A stretch of DNA of 24,000 bases from Clostridium scatologenes (GTDB taxonomy: Bacteria > Bacillota > Clostridia > Clostridiales > Clostridiaceae): contig NZ_CP009933.1 in NCBI RefSeq assembly GCF_000968375.1, positions 1,770,577 to 1,794,576 of the forward strand, given 5' to 3'. Shown here piece after piece: positions 16,591-24,000 of this stretch. Position 1 is the stretch's first letter; each line of letters opens with the position of its first letter. The translations under genes were made by a program, and so were the position numbers. Below the pieces are notes generated by a model, which had not been told where the DNA came from, made no database searches, and saw only the letters and a list, made by a program, of their open reading frames with translations.

Positions 16591-16604
16591 GTTTATCACT
16601 TTCC

Positions 16605-17678
16605 TTAATCTATAAATTGAATTATCGCTATTGCAGCTGCAGCTTCCACCACTGGGAGTGCCCTAGGTATGATGCAAGGATCATGTCTTCCTTTTATCTC
16701 TATTTTAGCATTTTCTCTCTTTTGTATATCCACTGTATTTTGAATTTTTGCAATAGATGGTGTTGGTTTTACAGCTGTTCTAAATATTAAAGGCATTCCA
16801 TTTGTAATTCCACCTAAAATTCCTCCATTATTATTACTGTAAGTTTTTATTTTTTCATTTTCAATATAAAATCCATCATTGGCTTCTGAACCCTTCAGTT
16901 TTGATATATTAAAGCCTTCACCAAATTCTACTCCTTTTACTCCTGGAATAGAAAATAATAAATGTGATAAAATACTTTCTACAGAGTCAAAGAAAGGTTC
17001 TCCAAGACCTACTGGTAAATTATTTACTGCTGTCTCTATAACTCCACCTAAAGAATCCATTTCTTCCTTAGCTTTTATTATGCTGTTTTTCATATTAATA
17101 CCTATTTCTTCAGTCAAAACAGGAAATTTACTTTCATTTAAACCTTTTAAGATTTCACTTTCTATTTCAGTCATATTAAAGCTTACATCCTCTATTTTAG
17201 ATATACTTTTTATATGACTTCCAATAAATATACCTTTTTTCTCTAATATTTGTTTGCAGATAGCACCTGCAAATACTAAGGGAGCTGTTATCCTTCCTGA
17301 AAAATGCCCTCCTCCTCTATAATCATTAAAACCTTGATATTTAACATGTCCTGTTAAATCTCCATGGGAAGGTCTCATTAAATTCTTAGTTTTTTCATAA
17401 TCCTTGGAATGTTGATTTTTATTATAAATAATAGCACACAAAGGTGTTCCTGTAGTTCTTCCATTAAAATATCCACTTAATATTTCAAAATTGTCTTCCT
17501 CTTTTCTAGGAGTAGAAAGCTCGCTTCCTCCTGGAGCCCTCCTTCTCATCTCTTTATTTATATAATTCAAATCTAATTCTATACCTGGCTTAAGTCCATC
17601 AATATTTATTCCTATAGCCTTTCCATGAGACTCTCCAAAAATCGAAAGTCTTACTTTACTGCCCCAAACTCCACTCAT
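16605..17678 (-). CDS. aroC: Chorismate synthase
   Basis: Motifs FGESHG, SxRxTA-like GRITAPLV and GRHDPC are present. SD AGGAGG is present. The start overlaps the aroA 3' end. Confidence 0.97.
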   Translation of the reverse strand: MSGVWGSKVRLSIFGESHGKAIGINIDGLKPGIELDLNYINKEMRRRAPGGSELSTPRKEEDNFEILSGYFNGRTTGTPLCAIIYNKNQHSKDYEKTKNLMRPSHGDLTGHVKYQGFNDYRGGGHFSGRITAPLVFAGAICKQILEKKGIFIGSHIKSISKIEDVSFNMTEIESEILKGLNESKFPVLTEEIGINMKNSIIKAKEEMDSLGGVIETAVNNLPVGLGEPFFDSVESILSHLLFSIPGVKGVEFGEGFNISKLKGSEANDGFYIENEKIKTYSNNNGGILGGITNGMPLIFRTAVKPTPSIAKIQNTVDIQKRENAKIEIKGRHDPCIIPRALPVVEAAAAIAIIQFID

Positions 17679-18936
17679 CTATATTACCTCCTAAAGCTCT
17701 GAAGTGTTTCCAAAAATCTGGATATGACTTTTTAACACAAGATGCATCTTTTATTATAACAGGCTCACTGCATTTTATGGAAGCTACTGCTAATGCCATA
17801 GCTATACGATGATCATTCCAGCTTTGAACCTCTCCACCTTTAAGACTTTCTTTTCCTCTTATTATAAGTCCATCCTCTTTTTCCTCTATGTCTGCTCCAA
17901 GCCTGTTAAGTTCTGTACTTATTGCACTTAATCTATCAGATTCTTTAATTCTAAGTCTAGCTGCATTCACTATTTCTGTAGTACCTTCACTTAATGCTGC
18001 CAATGATGTCAATATAGGTACAAGATCTGGGCACTGAGAAGCATCTATAATTGTTCCCTTTGTTTTAGAAGGTTCAGCCTTTATTTTATTTCCTTCTATA
18101 GAAATTTTACCATTCATACTTTTTATTATATTAAGTATAGCTTTATCGCCTTGTAAAGAATTTATATCTAACCCTTCACATACTATATCACTTCCAAGTA
18201 ATCCTGCTGCAAGCCAAAAGGCTGCTTGAGAAAAATCCCCTTCTACTTCACAATCTGACGATTTATAGCTTTGATTTCCTCTTATAATAAATTCCTTATA
18301 TTCTCTATTTTCTATTTGTATGCCATACTTTTTAAGCATATCCATAGTTAAGTCTACATAAGGTTTTGATTCCAATTCTGTAGTAATTTTTATTTTTGAA
18401 TCTCCATCCAAAAGTGGAAGCGCAAACATCAATCCACTGATAAATTGAGAACTTATATCTCCTCTAACTTTATATTCATCTGGTTTTAATTTACCTTCTA
18501 TAGTTAATGGAAGTTTTCCATTTGCATTATCATATTTAAGTTTTTGTTCATCAAATATATTGTAGTAGCATTTTAAAGGTCTTTCTATAAGCTTTCCATT
18601 TCCTTTAAAAGTAAGTTTCTCCCCAGTTGTTGCTCCTACTGGTATTAAAAATCTAAGTGTTGACCCAGATTCTGAACAATCCATACTTGAATTTATAGGT
18701 TCTAACTTTTCCAATCCTCTTATTTGAAGTGAATTTTTTTCCTTTTTAATTCTTACTCCTAAATTCTTCATTACATCACAAGTAGCTTCTACATCTTCTG
18801 AAAAAACTACATTAGATATATTACTAATTCCCTTTGAGAGTCCAGCACAAATTACTGCTCTATGACAAGCACTTTTTGAAGTTGGAACTTCTACTTTTCC
18901 ACCGAGATTACTTGGATTAATCATTACATATTTCAT
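17656..18936 (-). CDS. aroA: 3-phosphoshikimate 1-carboxyvinyltransferase (EPSP synthase)
   Basis: 426 aa, with SKSxxHR, GSTLRFL and DHRIAMA motifs, and the expected position in the operon. Confidence 0.95.
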   Translation of the reverse strand: MKYVMINPSNLGGKVEVPTSKSACHRAVICAGLSKGISNISNVVFSEDVEATCDVMKNLGVRIKKEKNSLQIRGLEKLEPINSSMDCSESGSTLRFLIPVGATTGEKLTFKGNGKLIERPLKCYYNIFDEQKLKYDNANGKLPLTIEGKLKPDEYKVRGDISSQFISGLMFALPLLDGDSKIKITTELESKPYVDLTMDMLKKYGIQIENREYKEFIIRGNQSYKSSDCEVEGDFSQAAFWLAAGLLGSDIVCEGLDINSLQGDKAILNIIKSMNGKISIEGNKIKAEPSKTKGTIIDASQCPDLVPILTSLAALSEGTTEIVNAARLRIKESDRLSAISTELNRLGADIEEKEDGLIIRGKESLKGGEVQSWNDHRIAMALAVASIKCSEPVIIKDASCVKKSYPDFWKHFRALGGNIDEWSLGQ

Positions 18937-18955
18937 AAAATTTAGCCCCCTATTT

Positions 18956-20017
18956 TTAAATATAATTTTCTATTTCCTTAATGGACACTTTTTTAATAAA
19001 ACCTTCACCTATTTTATTTAGAAGAATTAAATTAATATTTTCCCCACTACTCTTCTTATCCAATTTTATTGTGTGAAGTATTTTTTCTTTGTCCATTTCT
19101 ATTCTTTTGTATGGTAATCCATACTTCATAAGTATTTTTTTTATAAAATTATGAGTGCCAATTTTAGTAATATTAAGTTCTTCACTTCTTCTAGTTATTT
19201 CAGCCATGCCTATAGCAACAGCTTCACCATGAGTATATTTGCTGTAATTAAAATATTCTTCTACAGCATGCCCCAAAGTATGACCAAAATTCAAAATCAT
19301 TCTTTCACCTAAATCCTTCTCATCACTCTCCACTACTTTCTTTTTTATATTACAGCATGTGTATATTATCTTTTCTATGTTTTCTAAAAGTTCTTCATCA
19401 TCCTTATAATTCATAAGTGTTCTAAATATACTTTCATCTCTTATACATCCGTACTTTATTACTTCTGCTAATCCATCATGCAAAAATCTTTTATCCAAAG
19501 TTTTGAGTAATTCTGGATCTATAAAAACAGCTTTAGGTTGATAAAAGCTTCCTACTAAATTTTTTCCCCAAGGTAAATCCACAGCAACTTTACCACCCAC
19601 ACTGCTATCTACTTGAGCTAAAAGTGATGTAGGTATTTGTATATATGGTATTCCTCTTAAATAGGTAGCAGCTGCAAAGCCACCTAAATCACCAACAACA
19701 CCACCACCAAAGGTTAATATTAAATCCCCTCTTGTGAGATTAAAATTAGTAAAATCCTCATACAACTTTTTTAGTGTATCTATAGATTTACTTTTTTCTC
19801 CTGGTTCTATGGAAATAATCTTTGTTTTAAAATTTTTATCCTGTATAGTTTTGTTTAAAGCTTTTACATATAATTTTTCCAAATTCTTGTCTGTTACTAT
19901 AAGAATTTTTTTATTTTCATGGTTTTCTTTCAAATAAGCTGCTATTTTTTCAAAAATGTTTTTTTCAATATAAATTTTATAACTATTATCTTTAAGTTTT
20001 ACTTCAATTATTTTCAT
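18956..20017 (-). CDS. aroB: 3-dehydroquinate synthase
   Basis: Motifs [40 protein letters not shown] and NFGHTLGHA are present. Confidence 0.97.
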   Translation of the reverse strand: MKIIEVKLKDNSYKIYIEKNIFEKIAAYLKENHENKKILIVTDKNLEKLYVKALNKTIQDKNFKTKIISIEPGEKSKSIDTLKKLYEDFTNFNLTRGDLILTFGGGVVGDLGGFAAATYLRGIPYIQIPTSLLAQVDSSVGGKVAVDLPWGKNLVGSFYQPKAVFIDPELLKTLDKRFLHDGLAEVIKYGCIRDESIFRTLMNYKDDEELLENIEKIIYTCCNIKKKVVESDEKDLGERMILNFGHTLGHAVEEYFNYSKYTHGEAVAIGMAEITRRSEELNITKIGTHNFIKKILMKYGLPYKRIEMDKEKILHTIKLDKKSSGENINLILLNKIGEGFIKKVSIKEIENYI

Positions 20018-20020
20018 AAT

Positions 20021-20893
20021 CTATACCATCTTCTTTCTCCTTGCAGTGGCATTTCTAAATATATGTTTTAAAGTATTTTCATCCTCTGACATTATAGCAT
20101 TTTTTATTTTTTCCATGGATTTTTGAAATCTTTCTATCTCATTAATCAAATTATCTGAATTAAGAAAGAATAACTCTGACCACAAGGTAGAATTTATAAC
20201 CGCAACACGAGTAGCATCTTTAAAGCTTCCCCCAGTAAAAGTTTCTATATTATTTTCTGCAAAATCTGAATCCATAAGTGATACCGCTATAACATGTGGA
20301 AGCTGACTTGTAAATGATATTATCTTATCATGTTCTTCAGGTGATATACTTATTACTTTCTTACAACCTATAGCTCTTGCCATCTTTTCTATTAGCATTA
20401 TATTTTCCTTAAGATTTCTTTCTGTAGGTGTAATTATATAATTAGCATTATTAAAAATATCATCAGAAGCAACCTTGATTCCCTTTGATTCTTTTCCTGC
20501 CATTGGATGTCCTCCAACAAAATCCAGTTCATCAGGCAAAAAAGAGTTTATAATATCTATTAATCCTTCCTTTATCCCACAAGTATCTGTTATTACAGCT
20601 CCTTTTTTAAAATCACCTATATTGCTTTTCATAAATTTCACAATTTCTTCAGGATAAGTGGCCATAATAACTAAATCTGCTTTTCTCAAAGCTTCTTTTC
20701 CATCTGTAAATCCTTGGTCTATTATTCCTCTATTTACAGCTTCTTTTAATGAATTTTCATCTACATCTATACCACTTATACTTAAAGGATTTAATTTTCT
20801 TAATGCCATAGCATATGATCCACCTATAAGCCCTAAACCAACAATAACTATATTAAAGTTAAAATCACATTCCTCCAATGTAACCACCCCCAA
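20021..20893 (-). CDS. tyrA: Prephenate dehydrogenase
   Basis: The NAD-binding motif is IVGLGLIGGS and the catalytic region is GGHPMAG. No in-frame ATG lies near the 5' end. Candidate starts are TTG 20893, GTG 20887 and TTG 20878; the last has GGGGGTGG 5 nt upstream. Confidence 0.9.
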   Translation of the reverse strand: MGVVTLEECDFNFNIVIVGLGLIGGSYAMALRKLNPLSISGIDVDENSLKEAVNRGIIDQGFTDGKEALRKADLVIMATYPEEIVKFMKSNIGDFKKGAVITDTCGIKEGLIDIINSFLPDELDFVGGHPMAGKESKGIKVASDDIFNNANYIITPTERNLKENIMLIEKMARAIGCKKVISISPEEHDKIISFTSQLPHVIAVSLMDSDFAENNIETFTGGSFKDATRVAVINSTLWSELFFLNSDNLINEIERFQKSMEKIKNAIMSEDENTLKHIFRNATARRKKMV

Positions 20894-20896
20894 ATT

Positions 20897-21910
20897 TTAG
20901 ATTGCCTTTTTCTCTATTTTAGCTATTTGTGATAATTCCTTCATAAGTTCTTTAAATCTCTCTGGTTTTATAGATTGTTGTCCATCACACTTTGCATTAG
21001 CTGGATCATTGTGTACTTCAATGATAAGTCCATCTGCTCCTACTGCTAGAGCCGCTTTTGCTAAGGGTTCTACCATCCACCACATTCCTGCTGAATGGCT
21101 TGGATCAACTATGATAGGTAAGTGACTTAATCTTTTTATTGCAGGTATAGCACTTAAATCTAAGGTATTTCTCGTATATGTTTCGAAGGTTCTTATACCT
21201 CTTTCACACAATATTACATTTTCATTTCCACCTGCCATTATATATTCAGCAGACATGATTAATTCCTCAATGGTTGCGGATAAGCCTCTTTTTAAAAGAA
21301 TTGGTTTTCTTGTTTTTCCGAGTTGTTTTAATAAATCAAAGTTTTGCATGTTTCTTGCACCCACTTGAATAACATCTACATCTTCAACAAATGTATCTAT
21401 CATATCAGCAGACATTATCTCTGTTACTATAGGAAGTCCTGTTTCTTTTCTTGCAAGCTTAAGAAGTTCTAATCCTTCTTGCTTAAGTCCTTGAAAACTG
21501 TATGGTGAGGTTCTAGGTTTGAAAGCTCCTCCTCTTAAAAATCCAGCTCCACTTTCCTTTACCGTTTTTGCAATTTCTAAGATTTGCTCTTCACTTTCTA
21601 CCGAACAAGGTCCTGCCATAATAGCTATCTTATCTCCACCTATTACTTGATCATTAACTTTTATTTCTGAATTACTTGGATGAAATAATCTATTTGCTAA
21701 TTTAAAAGGCTGTTGTACTTTAGTAACTCTTTCTACACATTCATTAGCCTGAATTTTATCAGGATCAAGCTTTGTAGTATCTCCAACAATTCCTAATATA
21801 CATTGATTTTCTCCTTGTATTAAATTCACTCTACAGCCCTCCATCTCTATTCTCTCTTTTATTCTTTCTATTTCCTCTCTTGTTGCACCACATCTCATAA
21901 TTACTACCAT
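20897..21910 (-). CDS. aroF: 3-deoxy-7-phosphoheptulonate (DAHP) synthase, type I-beta, with an N-terminal ferredoxin-like regulatory domain
   Basis: The catalytic barrel carries GPCSVES, KPRTSPYSFQGL and DPSH motifs. About 70 extra N-terminal residues (MVVIMRCGATREEIERIKERIEMEG...) resemble the Thermotoga-type regulated DAH7PS domain. SD AGGAGG lies 8 nt upstream. Confidence 0.95.
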   Translation of the reverse strand: MVVIMRCGATREEIERIKERIEMEGCRVNLIQGENQCILGIVGDTTKLDPDKIQANECVERVTKVQQPFKLANRLFHPSNSEIKVNDQVIGGDKIAIMAGPCSVESEEQILEIAKTVKESGAGFLRGGAFKPRTSPYSFQGLKQEGLELLKLARKETGLPIVTEIMSADMIDTFVEDVDVIQVGARNMQNFDLLKQLGKTRKPILLKRGLSATIEELIMSAEYIMAGGNENVILCERGIRTFETYTRNTLDLSAIPAIKRLSHLPIIVDPSHSAGMWWMVEPLAKAALAVGADGLIIEVHNDPANAKCDGQQSIKPERFKELMKELSQIAKIEKKAI

Positions 21911-22072
21911 AAAATAAACCTCCTTAAAATTTTAAAAATGTTATTTTGTATATTGCTTTTATATTAAATAATTTATTTGCCGGCTTAAAATTATTTTTAT
22001 AAATTTTAGATTAAATTGTTATTTTTTTCATAAAATACATGATATAATTGAGTACTTTACCTCATTATGGAT

Positions 22073-22102
22073 AAAAAAAAGTAAGGCTCTAATGAGCCTT
22101 AC
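22073..22102 (-). terminator. Intrinsic terminator between the aromatic-rich small ORF and aroF
   Basis: On the minus strand: GTAAGGCTC-ATTA-GAGCCTTAC followed by T8 (22080-22073). It lies 22 nt after the small-ORF stop and about 160 nt upstream of the aroF ATG. Confidence 0.8.
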
Positions 22103-22124
22103 TAAACAAATTAAATGTATAGTG

Positions 22125-22295
22125 CTATACGCATAGCATTTCTTTACACCAATTAAATTTCGATCTATTAAACTCATTGAAAAAAAGAATATATATTTTT
22201 TTGCAGAAAAAGTAACCAGCGCTAAAATAAAAGTAGCCCCAGCTAAAATAAAAATAATATTTTCCGCTTATTCCCTTTCCAATGATATTTTTCAT
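22125..22295 (-). CDS. 56-aa Tyr/Phe/Trp-rich small ORF; candidate leader peptide of the aro operon (or an orphan small protein)
   Basis: SD GGAGGG lies 7 nt upstream of the ATG at 22295. The sequence is MKNIIGKGISGKYYFYFSWGYFYFSAGYFFCKKIYILFFNEFNRSKFNWCKEMLCV. A consensus promoter lies upstream and a terminator downstream. Confidence 0.5.
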   Translation of the reverse strand: MKNIIGKGISGKYYFYFSWGYFYFSAGYFFCKKIYILFFNEFNRSKFNWCKEMLCV

Positions 22296-22357
22296 GATTT
22301 TTCCCTCCAAAACAATTTTTATTGGTTTATGTTAAAATTAACTTGATATTAGTTGTA

Positions 22358-22385
22358 ATTATAACATATATTTTTATGATGTCAA
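22358..22385 (-). promoter_or_regulatory. Near-consensus sigmaA-type promoter driving the small ORF (and possibly the aro operon)
   Basis: On the minus strand: TTGACA (22385-22380), a 16-nt spacer, then extended -10 TGTTATAAT (TATAAT at 22363-22358). Confidence 0.55.
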
Positions 22386-22574
22386 TAAATAATTTTATCT
22401 TTTTTAATATTATGATTTTTCATATATACTTAGTTCAATATTTTATATTCTATTTACTAAAGCATAACAACTACTATATTAAAGCAAGAACCAGCTTTTA
22501 TACGCGATGCTAACTATTTTTTTGTACATGTTGTAATTTGCTTTAAATTGAAAAATTTTAATAACAATTGAGCT

Positions 22575-22602
22575 TTGTACTTTTTTCATTATATGGTATA
22601 AT
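22575..22602 (+). promoter_or_regulatory. Putative promoter of the small hydrophobic protein gene
   Basis: TTGTAC (22575-22580), a 16-nt spacer, then TGGTATAAT (TATAAT at 22597-22602). Confidence 0.35.
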
Positions 22603-22684
22603 ATACTCCATAACACATGGTGAATTACTCTTTTATGTGTATAATTTAAAAAATATAAATATATCAATTAGGAGGTTTATTTTT

Positions 22685-22891
22685 ATGATAATCTTAACAA
22701 TACTTTTATCTGCTGTAGTATTCATTCTTTTGGGTTCAGTAATTGCTGCAGTAGCACTACCTATATTTGCTTTTATTTTTGCTATAGGTATAGTAATTTC
22801 AATTTTAGCACTAATATTTAAAATAATTTTTGCTGGACCTTTATTTATTTTAATGATAATTATAGCATTATATTATTTTTTCAAAAGATAA
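22685..22891 (+). CDS. Small hydrophobic membrane protein (68 aa, about two TM helices)
   Basis: SD AGGAGG lies 8 nt upstream of the ATG at 22685. The sequence is MIILTILLSAVVFILLGSVIAAVALPIFAFIFAIGIVISILALIFKIIFAGPLFILMIIIALYYFFKR. A strong terminator follows. The upstream part of ORF-track entry 22568-22891 has no SD. Confidence 0.6.
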   Translation: MIILTILLSAVVFILLGSVIAAVALPIFAFIFAIGIVISILALIFKIIFAGPLFILMIIIALYYFFKR

Positions 22892-22909
22892 TATAATATT
22901 ATAATAAAT

Positions 22910-22949
22910 AAGACTTTGCAAATTAAATGCAAAGTCTTATTTTTTTTTT
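22910..22949 (+). terminator. Intrinsic terminator
   Basis: AAGACTTTGCA-aattaaa-TGCAAAGTCTT followed by a T10 run (22940-22949). Confidence 0.85.
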
Positions 22950-23019
22950 AAAAGTTGTAACTATTTTTTACTTTCTTAATACTATATATAGTGAAGATAG
23001 ATTTTACGGAGGTATGTAC

Positions 23020-23706
23020 ATGTACTATCAAAATGATAGCGAAAATACTAATACTGATATTGACATTGATATGGATCAAAGTCGTCATCATCATCACAGA
23101 CGTGATTGTTGCTGTATGCCATTTTTCCCTTGGATGGGCGGTTGCTCTCCTTGGTTTGGCGGCTGGGGTGGTTGTTCTCCTTGGTTTGGTGGTGGCTGTG
23201 GCTCTCCTTGGTTTGGTGGTGGCTCTCCTTGGTTCGGTGGTGGATTCCAAGGTGCCGGTGCTCAAGCAAGTTGTTCTTGTGGCGCTGGAATGCGTGGTGA
23301 AGATCTAGATATTGACATGGATCAAAGCCGTCACCATCACCACAGACGTGATTGCTGCTGTATGCCATTTTTCCCTTGGATGTGCTCACCTTGGATGTTA
23401 TCACCTTGGATGAACTCACCTTGGTTCGGTGGTGGATTTGGATTCCCTACAGCAGGAGCTCAAGCAAACTGTTCTTGTGGAGCTGGAGCAGGATTCCCAT
23501 TCCAAGGTGCCGGTGCTAAAGCAAATTGTTCTTGTGGAGCTGGAATGCGCAGCGAAGATGATGATATTGATATGGATATGGATGAGGATAGATTTTATCC
23601 TTACTACAAATATCCTAAATATCATAAATACCCATATTATCCATATTACCCTTATTACCCTTATTATCCTAAATACCCTTATCATAGAGACTATTTACCT
23701 TTGTAA
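23020..23706 (+). CDS. Low-complexity Cys/His/Trp/Gly/Tyr/Pro-rich tandem-repeat protein of unknown function (possible spore-coat-like structural or metal-binding protein)
   Basis: SD GGAGG precedes ATG 23014 and ATG 23020, and the spacing is better for 23020. The ORF-track start at 22927 lies inside the upstream terminator. The two repeat copies differ only by synonymous changes in their most conserved 66-nt block. No signal peptide is apparent. Confidence 0.75.
   Translation: MYYQNDSENTNTDIDIDMDQSRHHHHRRDCCCMPFFPWMGGCSPWFGGWGGCSPWFGGGCGSPWFGGGSPWFGGGFQGAGAQASCSCGAGMRGEDLDIDMDQSRHHHHRRDCCCMPFFPWMCSPWMLSPWMNSPWFGGGFGFPTAGAQANCSCGAGAGFPFQGAGAKANCSCGAGMRSEDDDIDMDMDEDRFYPYYKYPKYHKYPYYPYYPYYPYYPKYPYHRDYLPL
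23056..23559 (+). repeat. Intragenic tandem duplication (offset about 246-255 nt), plus short SPW(F/M)GG and C-terminal YPYY micro-repeats downstream
   Basis: 23071-23136 versus 23317-23382 shows 4 mismatches in 66 nt. 23251-23304 versus 23506-23559 is also clearly homologous. Confidence 0.8.
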
Positions 23707-23729
23707 ATTAAAGATTCATTCAAATTCTA

Positions 23730-23768
23730 TTAATGGAACGTTTGAAATTTATTCAAATGTTCCATTAA
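23730..23768. terminator. Hairpin between convergent genes (putative bidirectional terminator)
   Basis: 17-bp stem TTAATGGAACGTTTGAA / TTCAAATGTTCCATTAA with one G-U pair and a 5-nt loop. Moderately T-rich flanks lie on both strands. Confidence 0.6.
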
Positions 23769-23816
23769 TATCCTTTTCTAAACAAAATCTATATGATTTC
23801 AGATTATTGATTTAAT

Positions 23817-24000
23817 TCATGCCATATTTAAAATAAAACTCAATATTTTACTGCATATATCTTTAAATTTTACCTCTAAGTCATTACTCAATCCTATACT
23901 CATATCTATGCTTCCAATCTCTATGCCTATAAAATATCCTTTTATTTCTATTTTATATATATTAATCAAATCCATTAATCCTAACGAATGTACAGCACAA
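23817..24000 (-). CDS. C-terminal fragment (60 aa) of an unidentified protein; the gene continues beyond the window end
   Basis: My reverse-complement translation is ...CAVHSLGLMDLINIYKIEIKGYFIGIEIGSIDMSIGLSNDLEVKFKDICSKILSFILNMA*. The stop TGA is at 23819-23817, followed by the 23730-23768 hairpin. I recognise no family. Confidence 0.35.
   Translation of the reverse strand, partial: CAVHSLGLMDLINIYKIEIKGYFIGIEIGSIDMSIGLSNDLEVKFKDICSKILSFILNMA

Noticed and set aside
1106-20900. ORF-track entries antisense to, or overlapping, the large genes: 1106-1291, 2488-2763, 3103-3306, 3725-4057, 8147-8350, 8384-8707, 10119-10373, 10923-11258, 14127-14318, 16879-17217, 19734-19937, 20475-20657 and 20658-20900.
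   Set aside because: - They are shadow ORFs on the opposite strand of genes with clear family motifs.
- They have no SD sequences.
- Their translations are low-complexity or compositionally odd (Ser/Thr/Pro-rich mirror frames).
21911-22072. Possible T-box or other riboswitch in the aroF leader.
   Set aside because: - The spacer is only about 160 nt and almost pure AT.
- It lacks the conserved T-box sequence (GGTGGTACCGCG-like), and I could not recognise any specifier-loop architecture or structured GC-containing core.
22322-22667. ORFs 22322-22513 (+) and 22479-22667 (-) in the divergent spacer.
   Set aside because: - The region is extremely AT-rich and the translations are Ile/Phe/Tyr/Asn-rich.
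- Neither ORF has an SD.
- The region is better explained as promoter and leader DNA for the flanking genes.
22927-23019. N-terminal extension of the repeat protein (ORF-track start at 22927).
   Set aside because: - That ATG lies in the loop and 3' arm of the upstream terminator hairpin and is followed by its T-run.
- A GGAGG SD sits just before the ATGs at 23014/23020, so translation almost certainly starts there.
23056-23640. Repeats that might be mistaken for a CRISPR array or mobile-element repeats.
   Set aside because: - The repeats are in-frame coding repeats of one ORF, with variable micro-repeats.
- There is no spacer-repeat periodicity, no cas gene and no transposase gene.
22948-23815. 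Alternative-frame and antisense ORFs across the repeat gene: 22948-23265 (-), 22991-23308 (+), 23048-23419 (-), 23106-23300 (+), 23416-23685 (-) and 23429-23815 (+).
   Set aside because: - Repetitive sequence keeps several frames open by chance.
- Only the 23020-23706 frame has an SD and shows exclusively synonymous differences between the repeat copies.

Overview
Strongly AT-rich, Clostridium-like chromosomal window with three parts. No rRNA, tRNA, CRISPR array, transposase or integrase was recognised.

(A) 1-13824: an accessory-looking island of shikimate-pathway paralogs on the minus strand.
- It encodes two MFS transporters, two YdiB-class quinate/shikimate dehydrogenases and a type I 3-dehydroquinate dehydratase.
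- It also encodes a xylose-isomerase-like TIM-barrel protein (candidate 3-dehydroshikimate dehydratase) and two large FMN/[4Fe-4S]/FAD enoate-reductase (FadH/OYE-type) paralogs.
- These genes form three modules. Each module is divergently paired with its own paralogous LysR-type regulator on the plus strand.
- I read the island as a candidate anaerobic quinate/shikimate (hydroaromatic) utilisation system whose chemistry is not obvious from known aerobic pathways.

(B) 14122-21910: a canonical minus-strand aromatic amino acid operon, aroF-tyrA-aroB-aroA-aroC-pheA-aroE-aroK.
- The operon lacks a dehydroquinase gene.
- It is preceded by a consensus sigmaA-type promoter, a 56-codon ORF in which 19 residues are Tyr/Phe/Trp, and a strong intrinsic terminator. 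This layout is reminiscent of leader-peptide attenuation.

(C) 22300-24000: small orphan genes.
- A 68-aa hydrophobic protein.
- A low-complexity Cys/His/Trp/Gly/Tyr/Pro tandem-repeat protein of unknown function.
- A C-terminal fragment of an unidentified minus-strand gene.
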